From Octopus sinensis (lineage: Eukaryota), in the NCBI RefSeq assembly GCF_006345805.1, contig NC_043005.1:102672001-102736000 (forward strand): 64,000 nucleotides of DNA, given 5' to 3'. Positions 25,457-40,185 of the stretch are shown here, piece by piece. The notes under the pieces are model-generated. The model was not told the origin of the DNA. It searched no databases and was given only the letters and a program-made list of their open reading frames with translations. Position 1 is the first letter of the stretch; each line of letters begins with the position of its first letter. Made by a program: the position numbers and the translations under genes.

Positions 25457-26349
25457 AGTATGTTTAGCAGGGTACGTGTTAGCGGGTATGTGTATACTTA
25501 TTTGAATGATGTGGAAAACGTTTTCCCTAGTTGTTTGTGTGCATGTAGACTGTGGCTTTCTTCAGTAATACCTTGACCATCGCGGGTGTTACGTTAAAAA
25601 ATCTCCCTCGATAGCTGAAACTACTGTATCCTTGCATATATTTATTTTATTATTTTTATACATTTAAGCTTTTATATAATCTCCCAACATTTTTAAGAGC
25701 ACCCGTGTCTTCTGTTTTTTTTTTTGCGGGTGAGGGACATAGTGGAGAGCAGTAGTTGGCGCTGCTTTTTCTTCTGTCTAAAGAGATTTTTTATAAACTT
25801 TCATGATACGACGGTTTCATTTCTTAACTGCAACGTATGAATCACCTAGGGTCCCAATCTTCCGCCATTCTTTGAAATTCTTTTGGTGGCTTACCTTCTC
25901 CCCTCCCGCATTCCTTCTCCCTTTCTTAAGCATGACGAGGAATCTCACCTCTAATGTAAGCATCTTCCTCTGGCGTTTAGATTCATTGCCAGAATCCTTA
26001 GAACGCTTGGACTACATTGTAGGGCTTGAAAGAAATTCACAATTTTACACGCAAATGCAAAACAACACCACACACATGCCTCCCAAGTTTCGCTTTCCAT
26101 ACAGTATGTGCGATTCTTCGTTTACTCATCTACGATACACTACGCATTTTCTTTTAATGTATTTTGATTAACGTGTCATACAGTGAAGTGCTGTACTATA
26201 TTTTTATTTCTTAATTTATAATTTTTAGGTGTGAATTAAAATCTAAAAATGTAAATATCTATCGGTCGCAGAAACTCATTATATACTGTGTAGTTCGCGA
26301 TATATATTTACATATACCAGCCAGAAAAATCCGTGATGTACTGAGGGCT

Positions 26350-26384
26350 CCACAGGTGAACCGCGAAATTGCGAGTGATTACTG
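26350..26384. mobile_element. Solo pogo/Tigger-like TIR relic
   Basis: Reverse complement reads TA|CAGTAATCACTCGCAATTTCGCGGTTCACCT, resembling pogo-type MITE ends. No partner TIR found. Confidence 0.3.
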
Positions 26385-26479
26385 TATATTTCTCGAAGAA
26401 GGTTTTAAGTTAAACATATATATACGTATCTGTGTTCAGTATTTTTATCCAGTGTGTTAGATGAGGATATCGAATTTAT

Positions 26480-27800
26480 ATTATAAATCCGAAAGTGGCT
26501 GTAAAAATAGAACACAAATATCTGTGAAGCTTAGATTTTGAAGGTCTATCAAATGCAGTAAGAATATCATCAAGAGTGATCCTTGGAATGTAAAACCGAA
26601 AGACACTAGTTTGGTTTCCTCGAAAGAAATCCTTGAATCGGTCACACAAAGGGCGGTCAGTTTGTTTTTTTAATGTTATATAAGACGGTGCAAAGGGAGA
26701 ATTTGAAGTCTTAGATGAGCCTGGGGGAGAGCAGTTAAAGGAATTCGAAATGATGAAAGTGTGATAGTTGGATCTTGAGAAGATATGATGATAATGAGGA
26801 AAGGATTGGTTTGACAACGAAGCCAGTAAGTGTAATGATCCAGGTAAGAGGGCGGAATATAGTAGAGAGAGCTACTGTAACAGTAACGCTTAAATGATTT
26901 AAAGGCAGCACTTGGAAAGAGGAAATGGTGGTAATTTCAGGCTGGAGGAGTTTGAATATCCAGAGGAAATTGAAATAGAGAGGAAGTGTGAAGAGTTAGA
27001 AAGAATTCTGGTTGAAGTTTTGAATGAGACCTGATCATAAAAAGAAAGCAGAGGTCGGGTCAATTTAAGGAGGTCCTGTTAAATCAGCTTGGACTAGGAT
27101 TCGGTTATTACAGTCGAATGAAGAAACAGGCATAACTTGTATAGTCGTAGATGCGGCTGCAAAAAAGGCAGGAACGAATAGAATGAGAGTAAGAGACGGC
27201 CCAACAATTTTTGTTGACGATTGAGGTGTAATCTTCGGTGTAGAAGTGCTGCTTGATGTGTTTATAGAGGGCAGTGATTGACAGTGAGAATTGTCTAGAA
27301 AGTTACTGTAGATTTCCTGGGTGATAGAATTGAAATGGCTGGAGAGATAAAAGTATTTCACAAATGACGTGAAATCGTTCTTTGTTCATCTGCACAACTG
27401 TACAAACCTGTGGAAAGTCTCGTATATTGCGAGAAGTAAAAAACGAAGAGTTTAACATATCAGGGACGAAGTCTCGTTTCTGTTGCAAATTCAGGTACAT
27501 CTAAGTATGCATAGAGATAGCAACCTAAGTATATTTCAGCTGGAGGGAAAAGGTTAGGGATAATAAGATGAAGGACTGTACAGGGTTTAAACAAACGTGG
27601 AAGCATCAGGAAACGGTCGATGAGGAGTTTGAGGAGTTTCAAGGTCTATGGTTATGAGGAGAAGTGAAGGTCCAGAAGAGAAAGAAACGTAGCTGCAGAA
27701 TCAAAGGACACGGTTAATGCTATGGCTGGGGAAACAGAAGAAAAACAACCACAATAAAATAATGAAGTCGAGTTAACATCAGTTGAGCTGTAGAAGGTTG
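26480..27800 (-). mobile_element. Degenerate Penelope-like element (RT plus GIY-YIG endonuclease remnant)
   Basis: Minus-strand fragments in PLE order: TDVNSTSLF (resembles xDVTSLYT), ATETRLRP*YVKLF (resembles AMGTRMGPSYANLF), then HTFIISNSFNCS...SYI..QTDRPLCDRF (resembles the GIY-YIG YIGQTxRxLxDRF). Heavily frameshifted. Confidence 0.6.
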
Positions 27801-27852
27801 TAGAATGGCTAGGATTGTAAACACACAGCGGCTTTCTTTCACTTCTCTTTAT

Positions 27853-27988
27853 CAATTCATTTCACAAGTCTTTGGTCGATCCATGGGCATAGTAGAAGGG
27901 ACTTGCCTATGGTGCTACGCAGCTAGAGTGAACCCGGAAGAGCGTGGTTAGGAAGCAATCGTTTTACCACAAAACTACGTTCGCGCGT
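27853..27988 (-). mobile_element. Diverged 5' half of SINE family A
   Basis: TCACAAGTCTTTGGTCG...ATAGTAGAAG..ACTTGCC...GAACCCGGAA...TTACCAC aligns to the reverse complement of the family A head. Confidence 0.6.
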
Positions 27989-28840
27989 ATATGTATGCGT
28001 AAATATATGTGTATAGATACGTAAATTAACTCGCACAAATTCCCATATACACGTATGGCAGCAGTGGAATGGAATATCCCCAATACTTTCTTCATTTATG
28101 TCGTCTACAGAACATTCTACGAGAATTTACAACTGAAAATTTTTTTTTTTCTTTCGAGTGAACAATTTATATTATATATCGAATACATTCTAATACTTTT
28201 GCGAGATAGGAACTTCTCTCATTCGGAAGATTTCGAATTTTGAAATACTTTAAATTTTAACTCAAATTAGCTTTTAATTGCGACTCAAACTAATAATGTG
28301 AATTTGCTTTTAGAAGAATATATTGTTAGTAATCGATTTGTCTATCTTAATATCTATCTGTATATATGTATATATATGTATATGTTTATTATATATATAT
28401 ATATATGCACACCAGTCACATGCATTATATCACGTCCAACGCTTTCCCTGTATTCCTATCTCTCTCTCTCTATCTCTCTCTAGCTCTGCATGTGTATGTA
28501 TATACATCTATTATTGCGTATGACTACGTATATTTTTTAACTGTATTAGCTGGAAGTTTTCTTATTTTTATTACATAAGTTCTGTTCTAAAGAAATAAAA
28601 TAAAAATAAAGTACTATATTTTCTTTCTTCCAACCATGAATGCATGGAGACTTACGGTGAATGAAAAAATATACATGTACTTCCTTAATAAAAGGACTCA
28701 ATTTAGTTGGCAAACGGAACTGGACAGAAGATTGCATTAGCAAATGTAAATGTAAATTCTTTCAATCGTAACCGACTAAATTACATTCTTTACATTCGTA
28801 TGAATCGTCAATTACACACAAATATATATATATATATATC

Positions 28841-28909
<69 letters not shown>

Positions 28910-28980
28910 CATATAAGTATTTATATTCATACATATACACATATATGAAGGAGCACATATTTATATGTATGTATGTATGC

Positions 28981-29012
<32 letters not shown>

Positions 29013-29652
29013 ATATATATATATATACATATATACACGCATATATTCATCTATGTTAGTATTGAAAAGTTAAGAATATTATATAGACCGGTTGGCACCG
29101 AGAATAGTTCCTTTGATAAAAGCAAAATCGCCTTTTAGGTAATCATTCGAAATTCTTTCAAAGACGGCGCCAGAAATACTAAATCTTGTCTTTATCGGTG
29201 ATTTTTCTTTGGAGACAGATGCAACATAAAATGGTGGAGCATTTTTAGATATTTATTTATTATTTTTATTCGAATCTAGGATAAAAACGACACCAAAACA
29301 CAAATAACAATGCAGTATGCACAAATAACAAATATATCACTATCTGTTATACACAACATCAACGTAACGGCAATCATCATAAGCAGAGGGAATAGTTGTA
29401 TCATATTCGAGACGAAGATACCGATCACAGAAACGAGTAGAAGAAGAAATAACATAAATAATATAAATGGTTTATACAGATAATGTTTATTAGGTGGCAA
29501 CTATTGGAAATCTTGTCGAGGTCATGATGAAAATCAAGAATCTTTTTGTTCTCATAGTTTTTAGTATTGTTTCTTTTTTTATCTTGTTCGGTAGAAGCAA
29601 TGGCAAAATATGTATTTCTCGCAGAAAGTAATATGAAGTTTTTTTGTTTGTC

Positions 29653-29712
<60 letters not shown>

Positions 29713-29959
29713 CTGTGTGTGTGTGTGTGTGCATATATATATATATATGCATATATATGTGTGTCCTTGTGTAGTTGTTCATGTGTGAATGTATTGTCTG
29801 CCTGCATGCGAGTGTAAATGTGTCAGTGAATGCCCATGCATATAAATGAACATATGTATATATATATATATATATTGTGAAAGAGAGAGAGAGGTGAAGG
29901 AGAGAGAGGGTAGAGAGAGGCAAATAGACGGACAACAGAGAAACAGACAGACTGACAAA

Positions 29960-30014
29960 GAGACAGACAGACAGATACATAGATTGATAGATAGATAGAC
30001 AGATAGATAGATAA

Positions 30015-30071
<57 letters not shown>

Positions 30072-30120
30072 CAGATAGATAGATAGATAGATAGACAGAT
30101 AGATAGATAGATAGATATAT

Positions 30121-30164
<44 letters not shown>

Positions 30165-30178
30165 TCAGACAGACAGAC

Positions 30179-30223
<45 letters not shown>

Positions 30224-30240
30224 AGAGAGAGATTAGATAG
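29960..30240. repeat. (GATA)n/(GA)n microsatellite
   Basis: Direct inspection. Confidence 0.95.
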
Positions 30241-31276
30241 ATTCATTCAGACGTACATGCATAGTGACTTCAAACAAAGATTCGCTCCATGTCGCTTCCT
30301 TAAACACATATGCATGTTTGTATGTACGTATGTATGAATGTATGTATATATGTATATATGTATCTCTCTGTCTATGTATGTATCCATCTATCTGTCTGTC
30401 AATCTATCCATCTATCTCTCGCTCTCTTTCTCTCTATATATATACATCTCACTCTCTCTATTAGTTTGTCTAACTATCTATCTCCTCATGTATCTATTCA
30501 CGTTTTAATCCGTGTGATACTCTCTTAGCTGCCTAACTAACCTATCACTAACCCTAATGTTCATATATCCACTGGTATCAACTCTAACATCACAATTCTC
30601 TCTCCGAAACCAAAACGAAACACAGCACCAAATTTGACCAAAATGGGAAAGGCCTTCAATTAAAATTAATCTTAATTCAGTTTGGGTTTCGCCCTACAAA
30701 AACCATTCCACAGCCCGCCAGCACTATGGTGACAAAGCTAATCGGAACCCAGTGCCATTTGACTTCCTCTGCTAACCACTCTGCCATTGAGGCATACACA
30801 CTAGTGTAGCCAGTTTCTGCAGTATAACAACACCAATATTTCTGGCTTCACATTTGCTCTCATTCAAAAGAGACAATAATTTCAGCAACTTTTTCTTCGG
30901 AAACCGTGTAGCAGGAAGGAATCTCAAACCAAGCCGAAAATATGCCAAGTATATCCTTACATTAATAACACTGCAGCTCCCACTGAAGTATATACCGCTA
31001 TCAAATCATTCATAAATTACGTATATGTTTGTGTGTGTGTGTGTGTGTGTATTCGTACCAGTGCGTGCACTCTCCCATTGCTATGCTTATCTTTAGAAAA
31101 GTGTAAGGTCAGGCTTATTCAGTTCCTACTTCTTGGATGTGGTAGCGAACATGTAATCAGAAGCTAACCAAAAGTAGAATTCTATACAGCTCATAAATAG
31201 ATACATAAATTACATGTGTGATGTTCGGTTAAATATCATTAGTGGTATCAAGTACACACACACTTGCAATGACTAT

Positions 31277-31328
<52 letters not shown>

Positions 31329-31615
31329 ACATACACACACACACAGATATATATATATATATATATATTACAAAATATCATATTTTACCACATTTCACTT
31401 TCTGTGTGTTCAATAAGTCTTTTTCAATATTGGAAGGTATGACTCTTTTTTTAATTATTCGATTTACACCCAATTATTCATTCTCGACATTCTGCTTAAC
31501 TATGAAATATATCTGAAATCGTAGACTTGTTCATCTAATTCAATTTCCATGTGAGATTACATTTTCACACTGAAACACATAAAATCTCACGCGATAAACA
31601 TACATACATATATAT

Positions 31616-31695
<80 letters not shown>

Positions 31696-32510
31696 TATAT
31701 ATAATACATACATATATATTTATACATATATGTATATATGTACATACATGTGTATGCGTGCATATATTTGTGTAGTTATACGTAAACATACGTATACATA
31801 TATATATATATAATATATATATATAATCCACAGATTAGATCCAGATATTCTCTGTATAGAAGGCAGTTCGTAGTGCTCAAAAGATTCAAACTTCGACTCT
31901 AATCTCTTTACGGTAGATCGATTGGGCAAGGTAATAAATGATTGTGTGAGGTATCATGCTGAGCGGACATAGAGGTAATCATGCGGATGAACAAATTAGA
32001 TACATAGAATATATTAAATATATTAAATATAATAATTTGGTTATTAAATTCACAATATGTGTACATGTATACATGCAATTCGAGAGAAAACAAAAGGTGG
32101 AAAATTTCAGATGTTGAATTTATATCTATAAATATAAAGACATTTTTTAGAAGGTCCAACTTACAAACGAATGAGAAAATGAAAGGGTTGGAAGGAAGGT
32201 GTTATAAGTCCAACAGCCATTTCTGTGGGGTCGGAATTAATATTGTTAGTTGTGGTTCATCACAATATGTACCAATCAGGGTAGAGAACGCCTTACATTT
32301 CCGAACTTAATGCACAGTTGTTCAGCTGCATGCAATGTAAAACCAAATCGGAAAAGTTCAGTTGCCACTAATCATGACCGAGGTTGTTGGGTACAACCTT
32401 TATTGCTAGAAATAAGAGCTAAATGTTTCATACACTAACAAAAGAGAAATCGCAATTATCTCCCTTGTCACTATGTAAATTTGTGGTTCTAACTGTATAT
32501 ATATATATAT

Positions 32511-32850
32511 ATAATACAAAATGGGTCAAGAACGCAAAACATCCGGAGAACTAGGTGATACAAAAAGGGACAATATCGTCTGTTTTTCCGTCCTCATTTT
32601 CATATACATTCAAAGCTTTTTTCCAGGAATCTAATGCACTTAGCTTAGTTTTTCCTTGGGGCTGGCCAGGTTGGAGCAATTTCAAGACTAATCAGCCGAA
32701 ATTGCGAGGATGATCCCGTTCTTGACAGAGTATCAAAAGCTTCGAATGACCCGTCCTTTATTTTGTATCGTGTATCTGGATGTTTTGTTTTCGCTTTTTG
32801 TATCACTCAGTTGTCCGGATGTTTTGCATTCTTTTCCCATTTTGTATTAT
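32511..32850. mobile_element. 340-bp element with 56-bp imperfect terminal inverted repeats (MITE-like or inverted PLE ends)
   Basis: ATAATACAAAATGGGTCAAGAACGCAAAACATCCGGAGAACTAGGTGATACAAAAA (32511-32566) versus the reverse complement of 32795-32850, about 7 mismatches. Embedded in (TA)n on both sides. Confidence 0.75.
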
Positions 32851-33335
32851 ATATATATATATTGCGGCGTACGTACATTTTTTCCCTTATATATATATAT
32901 ATATATATATATACAGATTTGGGGTTATATGTATGTGCATGTGTGCCGTGTTTGAGTGCATATGTATAGTTTATTATATTTTCCCCGCCATCGCAAGCTG
33001 TCATATTGGGCAGCGACTTATAATTTGAATTCTGAGTGGAAGCATAACTGATCTCTGCACGCAAAAAAACTTTACGTGCAAGGGAATGTGTAAAAATCTG
33101 AATAGATATTCACAATTCGGCGACTTGCATGTTCCAGGTCAGATCCCATGCTTGAGAAGTTGGGCAAGTGTTTTATTGAGTTGATCAGCAACTTATGAGT
33201 GGAATATGTATATGAGGAAGAAATGTGTAGCAGCACAACTTATATTTCTATGCTTCCATGTTTGTATACGTCACATATGTATTGACCATGCAAATATATA
33301 TACATACATAAATGTATATATATATATAATATATA

Positions 33336-33367
<32 letters not shown>

Positions 33368-34174
33368 CACACAACATCTATATATATTTATATATGGACA
33401 GATAGGTTAGACAGATAGAGATAGATAGATAGATAGACAGAAAGCTGTAAAGTGTATATATGGTCATATAAATAGCAAATTCCTTCTCTCTTTTTACACA
33501 CACGTATGCTTACACGCAAACATATACACACACTCACAAACACACACACATATACATATATAGACTCATATGGTGTGAGTAAGGGTTTGAACATACATAG
33601 ACCTTTATACACTTTTGTAACACTTTCTATATTGTGACCCATGGGATATAGGAAGTACTGTCTTGAAGAATCATTTGACAGATTGATGGTGTTCTATTTA
33701 TGCACGGGCAACATAAGACTGAATCTCAGTGGATCAGGTTAGATTAAATTCTACAGAATAGATATTCGGACGTCCTTCAGTTATACAACGCAGCAACTCC
33801 GTCACTGACGAATGGAGGGCAGTTAGTTTATTATTCTACACAAATGAGCATATTTCTTATTTCTTTCTCTCTCGCTTTCTTATATTCTCTCTAACACTAT
33901 CTCCGTATCTCCTGCTTTCCTTCCATATTTCTATTGCTATTTATCTGGAATCATTCATATTTTCTTTCATTTCTCCTCCGCCTTCCCCTTTGCTTTAGAG
34001 TGTACATGTGTATATGTATGCATTTATGGAAGAATGCATGCCTGCCTCTATAGATACAAATGTATACAATCACACGAGCATACATATTATGCATGCATGC
34101 ATATGTATGGTAGCATATATATATGTGTGTGTATATATATATATGTATATATATATATACACACATACACACAC

Positions 34175-34213
<39 letters not shown>

Positions 34214-34224
34214 CATATATACAT

Positions 34225-34284
<60 letters not shown>

Positions 34285-34786
34285 GCCTACAGATGCATAC
34301 ATACATATAAATGAAGTGCTGGTAGATGTAGAGGTGTTGCTATGTGTCAAATAAACGATTTGTTTACCGTACGTGTTCGTGCGTCTGTGTGTGTATACAT
34401 ATATATATGTAGTCTGATGTATGTGTGTGTGCATGCGTGTGCGTATACACACACATAAATACTTTCACATACACATATATGTATGCCAGTACGTATGTAT
34501 ACTTACTTTCGCATATGTAAGTATATATTCTTTTATGTCTGTTTGTCTGTTTTTTTTATTCCACTTTACACGTTTTATCTTGTAATTCAATGCATGCCGT
34601 TTTGTATTTCGCAATGGGCATTTTTCATATTACAAATCTTATTGTATTTTCTCAAGAATTCCTTCCATCACTCTCTGACACATATCCTATCCTTCTTCCA
34701 CATATCTTTTGTGGATACATACATTCAAGCATACAAACCTACGTATGCTTCCCTGTTTCTCACCCTTGCCATATATATAACATACA

Positions 34787-34844
<58 letters not shown>

Positions 34845-35888
34845 GATATGCACTTTATTTACATTAGAGCCTATGTGTGTTTATAAGATAAGCGAGAAGT
34901 TTCTGCTGAAGCGATGGGTATTTTGTAACCAGCAAATGGCTACGATCGGGAAGATCATTATAGACGCCATTCTGGTTGCAACGCAGAAAATGCATTCATG
35001 GAATTCATTCACTGGCAATGGGAGAAAAGCCAAAGCAAATTAAATCCGTTGAAAAATTGCTGCGATGGTACACAGAATGGTACGTAGTTTACATTCATTT
35101 TACACACCTACACACACATACACACCCACGTATATATTTATATATGCATATATATATATGTATATAAATATATATATATATATATATATACATACACGCG
35201 CATTTATAAATACATATATATATATATGTATATATTTATATAATATATATATATTATATTTATAGCTTTATAGTTATGTGTGTGCGAGTATGTATGTATA
35301 AATGCTTCATGTTATATGCACCTATGCATACTTACATACTAGTATACTAAGAATGTGTTAACTAATAGAAGAGAAAGACTGAAATAAAATATAATATCAT
35401 TTCATTGGAGCCGTACTTTTCTGTGTGTGTTCTGGAATGATCGAACGAAAAACTCCTGATATAGAAAGGTCCAAGCTACGGTGTTGACCGAACTCATCCA
35501 TCAAACATTTAATTTCCGCTTGTCAGCACTAACAACCAATGTGTTAAAAGTAAGATAATTCAAGATGCTTTCACTATATCTCCCTTTCTAGTCGATTCTC
35601 TGGAAAACACCCATATCCGTCTGTTTTTAATCGATTCTCAAGAAACCAACCTATTCTCCTCTTTCATTCTTTCTCTCTTTCTATTTCTTTTTCTTTACTT
35701 GTTAGTCTTTAAATTCAATGCAATTTTTCTTTCCCTTTTTTCATTCGCTCTTTCTTTCTTTCTTTCTTTCTTTTTCTAGTTTCATGTTTCTTTCAACACT
35801 ATACTCTTACGAGTTTTGGAGGTGGAAGTTTTATACCAACACTTTTATTTGGCAAGTTTCTATACTGCTGCTTCAGCTGCTGCTGCTG

Positions 35889-35944
<56 letters not shown>

Positions 35945-36524
35945 GGTATCATTAGCACTCAGCATGAAATATATGTTATCATGAAATTTGGGAGAGATTT
36001 ATTCATTTCAATACAATAACATTCCATTTCTGCAAACAAAAATTTAAAACTACATTTTAATGTTAATTTTAGTTGTTGGTGCACTCTTTGGAAAAGTTTT
36101 CTACAAGAACAATAAATACTGGGTACATTTGCGACTTGATACTTCGAATAATTCCATGAAACCCGGCTTTCTAAAAACCTGTTAAAAGTATTTCTATTCC
36201 ATCGCTGCTAAGTCATCAGTATCTATATATTTTTGTGAATGATGCAAGTTTATAAATGCGATCTGTCTAAGAGAAGGTATCGAATAAATTATTTGTATTT
36301 CAATGCTTACTACATTTTCTGTTGAGGTTAGAAATGGTGTTTAAAAATTTTCAAGTTTTTCGAGTACTGGATAGTATCTACAGAAACTGATACTAGGATT
36401 TACAACAGGGGCCCTTGGACAGCAAATAAATTTTTCAGGGTAATCTACGTTCACAGAGTTTATGAAATTAATAACTTTCGTCGAGTAACGGAATTCAGGT
36501 TCAGTAAGAATAATTTGCCAGGAC

Positions 36525-36720
36525 ATAAACCGAATAAATCGATCCTGGTACTAATTCTATCGAACTCTTTTGCCGAATCGCTAAGTTACGGATACGTAAA
36601 TGCAACAACACCGGTTGTCGGGCGATGGTAGAAGACAAGCAGAAACACACACATACACACGCATACACATATACACACGTACAACACACACACGCACACA
36701 AATGCACACCCACACACATG
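36525..36720 (-). mobile_element. Diverged 3' part of SINE family A
   Basis: TTCTATCGAACTCTTTTGCCGAATCGCTAAGTTACGGATACGTAAA...CCGGTTGTCGGGCGATGG followed by (CA)n. Confidence 0.7.
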
Positions 36721-36884
36721 TGCAGACTGCCATTGCGAGAGAGCGAGTAATGACTTGATAACATGTACCACGTTTTCGCTGATTGCTTTAGGTGCCTATG
36801 TAGTCGCGAGCAGGCGTCGGTAACTTCTCATTTCTCTCACCCTTGACTCAACAGACTAACCAGGATGTGACAAACGCTTAATAG

Positions 36885-37010
36885 ACGCTTGGTACTCATT
36901 ACAGCTTAGTAGACACGAGCAAGATGAAATAAAGTGTCTGGCAACGGTCCAGAAATTGAATTTGTAACCTTATGCTATGAACAGAACATTCTAGCCTCTA
37001 GGCCAGATCC
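36885..37010 (-). mobile_element. Old CORE-type SINE relic
   Basis: TGGTACTCATTACAGCTTAGTAGAC..GAGCAAGATGAAATAAAGTGTCT resembles the family C core. Confidence 0.45.
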
Positions 37011-37344
37011 TTTCACCTGCATATTTCTGGAAACTCCTTCCCACCAAAATACGCTAGTAAATATTATACAATAAACTATTAAATTATCAGAGAAATAATT
37101 CGTTTTGTTAGACACTACTTACGTAAACGGAGCTGGTTAGTGATATTCTGATTTGGAGGGCGATCTGCACGTAACGACATGGGGACCCTGCAAAGATAGT
37201 AAATGGTTATCGGCTGAGAGTCGTTGTCATTAAAAAGAACCTTGATATGCAATGGAAGATAAAGTTGAGGGCACGATCAATGTAAAGAGAATCCAAACAA
37301 ATTGAAGCAGATAAATTATTTCAATATGTAGGTACATTTGATCT

Positions 37345-37563
37345 TCAAGGGTATCATCATTTCAGATTACAATGAGGTGCTTGAAAGTTCTTAGCTTTTA
37401 GGGAGTCGCGAAAAGCCTGGTTCTTTTACAGGGCTTAGAAAAACTGAAGTACCGCTGTGATAAATGTGTGAATCGGAGAGAGGAATATGTTGAAGAAATC
37501 ATAACTAACTGATACTATTGTATTTTATTTTACACAAAGCCAGAAAACTTTCAGCAACTCCTG
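37345..37563 (+). mobile_element. Mariner 3'-end relic
   Basis: GLEKLKYRCDKCVNRREEYVEEII* resembles the mariner C-terminus (GIxKLxxRWxKCxxxxGxYVE), followed by TIR-like AAGCCAGAAAACTTTCAGCAACTCC. Confidence 0.5.
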
Positions 37564-37749
37564 TTGCATGTCATGATATCAATAATCAGAACGGTGAGAT
37601 TGGAATATTGTTAACATGCCGGACGAAATGTTGAAACCGTATTTCTTCGGTAGGTGAGTGCATATTCTGTTGCAGATTTAATTTTAAACCTTGGGGGTCG
37701 ATAGAATATGGAGTAGTTGATCAACGTAACTGAATAACCCACTATCAGA

Positions 37750-39200
37750 AATCTTGGGTAGGCAGTGGTCTTTCATCCTGTCGACGTGCTCATCCCAACG
37801 CAGTTGTGTCTTAAGTAAAATGGCTTCTAGGCGGGTGACCTTTGCTTGCTCAAGTTTTGGTGATGTAGTCGCTCCAGTAAATGTTGAAGATGGTACGAAG
37901 GCAGCGATGGCGGAAAGGTTCGAGGAGCCTGAGATGATAGCATTAGGGGGCCCAGGACTCAGAGCCATACCGGAGCGTAATGGAAACGACGGCCCTGTAG
38001 ACGCTGACTTTTGTGTTGATCCTGTTGTTTCACATACACTTGTTAATCTGCCAAATGCTTTGTTTACCTTTGCAAGGCTGTTGTCAATTTCCTTGACGAT
38101 ACTCGCACCCAAGATAAATAAATTGCTGTTCCGACTTCAGTTGAGTTCTTTTTCAGCAATGGTCATGTGGGGAGGGATGCACTCTTCTTGGGGAGCTGGT
38201 TGGTGTAGGACTTCAGCCTTTTTCAAGCTTACTTCCAGTCCGAAATACTGATCGGCCTCTACGAAGCAGGATGTGATTCGCTGCTGCGCTCTTTCTGTGT
38301 GTGCGACAAGTGTGACATCATCTGCAAAGAGGATCCTGGATCAATTACTCTTGGATCTTGGTGTGGGCCTCTAGGCGCCGGAGGTTGAAAAGACCGCCTT
38401 CCAGACTGTATCTGATGTAAACGGTATCTTCAGCCTCGAGATCTGCAGTAACCTGCTTGAGCCTCATGCTGAAGAAAATTCTAAAAAGAGTTGGTGCCAG
38501 GATACAGTGCTGCTTCACACCGATGTTGATGAGGAATGGCTCTGATATGTCGCTGATCTTGTTGGTCATCGTGAAGCACGATGTTCATGGTTAGAAATTT
38601 TTGGGGCCGGCCGAGTTGGTTTAGGATCTGCCACAGACCTCACCTGCTCGGAGTATAGAATGATTTTGTCAGATCGACAAATGTTGCGTAAAGTGTTTTG
38701 TTTCCCTCTCGGTACTTTCTTGGAGATGTCTGAGAACGGAAACGATATTTGATGCGCCCCTGTTGGCTCTGAAACCACATTGGCTTTCTGTGAGGTGATT
38801 TTCGGCGATGGACAGAACACGTCTTTTGAGGAGTTATCTTGCTCGTACTTTTCCTACAAGGGAAAGCAGGGTGATCTCCCGGCCGTTTAAGCAGTCTGAC
38901 ATTTCCTCTTTGTTTTGCACAGTGTAATAATGACAGCATCGCGGAGATCGCATGGAAGCTTGTTCTGTTCCCAGCATGCAATCAGGGTCTCGTGGCGTTT
39001 AGCATGTAGGACAGGACTCCCATGCTGCTATATCTCTGGTGGTATGCAAACGACTCCTACTGCCTTTCTACTCTCCAGCCGACCTGTATCAAATGTGGTC
39101 TCTTACAAGTTTGAAGGCTCATCTAGTTCATTCTGACTGGCTGTTGCTGGATGTGGAGGACTGCGTTGTCCTGGACAACTCAGTTTGCACTGAAGAGGGC
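37750..39200 (-). mobile_element. RTE-clade LINE reverse-transcriptase fragment, decayed
   Basis: CWEQNKLPCDLRDAVIITL, LYATFVDLTK, GVKQHCILAPTLFRIFFSM, YIRYSLEGGLFNLRRLEAHTK, LFADD, KEIDNSLAKVNKAFGRL, LLKTQLRWDEHVDRMKDHCLPKI. Stops, frameshifts and deletions. Confidence 0.92.
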
Positions 39201-39329
39201 CTAAAATATCAGGCCTTTTACCCAACTTAGAAAGGATTATATTAATCATGTTTTGAATTCTTTTTTGTCAATTTGATTGAAATCGGTGCTTATAATTTTC
39301 TGTAGTGTAATGTGTTTGTAATTGCAAAG

Positions 39330-39392
<63 letters not shown>

Positions 39393-40185
39393 TTATGTAT
39401 AAAAACAACATCTTAAACGTTAGGGACGAAGCCTTCTCTCCCTGCATATATAAGCAATACTTTGTACACAAATACATTAAAGAGGGCCCCCTATTAATCA
39501 GAGTAACTATAAACGAGAGCTACCCTATAAGGATGGCTCCTGCATAAACGTGAACACGCATGGCACACATACTTCACCCAAATTAGAAATAGGATAATTG
39601 TAAATAGCTGGAAAAATATGGGTCTACAAATACAGTATTCAAGGTTCATTTGAAAAAACAATAGTTGGATTGAGTTTAGAAAATTGGGAACACGACCTGC
39701 AATATGCACTTAAGGAACCCAAGGAATTAGAATATGATACTGATACTTTTAGTGAACTAAAAATTTATGAAACTAGAGAATTCTCAGTTCAAAGGTTTGC
39801 CCTGTGAGTTTAGAGCATATATTTTCAGCAGAAGAAGATATTAACAGCCTAGTTAACAGGAGAAAGAGGCAAAAAAATCTTTGAATTTATGACACCTGCA
39901 AAGAAGAATTGAGCATGCTAGATAAAAACACGATTAAATCTTTTCATTTTCATTTTTACGTCTTTAGTTTTTTCATTGTTTTCTTTTTGTATTTGATAAT
40001 GTCAGAATAACTAGCTTTCTTTTACAAATGTTGTTAAACAACATAATTCCTAACTCTAAATGCAACATATATTCCTAAATTTTTTTGTCAAAAAAAAGAA
40101 AAAATAGTTCACTATTTACAGATATTTATATTAAAATCTTAGGAACGAATTTTCAAAAGTTTCCTGAAACAAAAATTTTGTTGCT

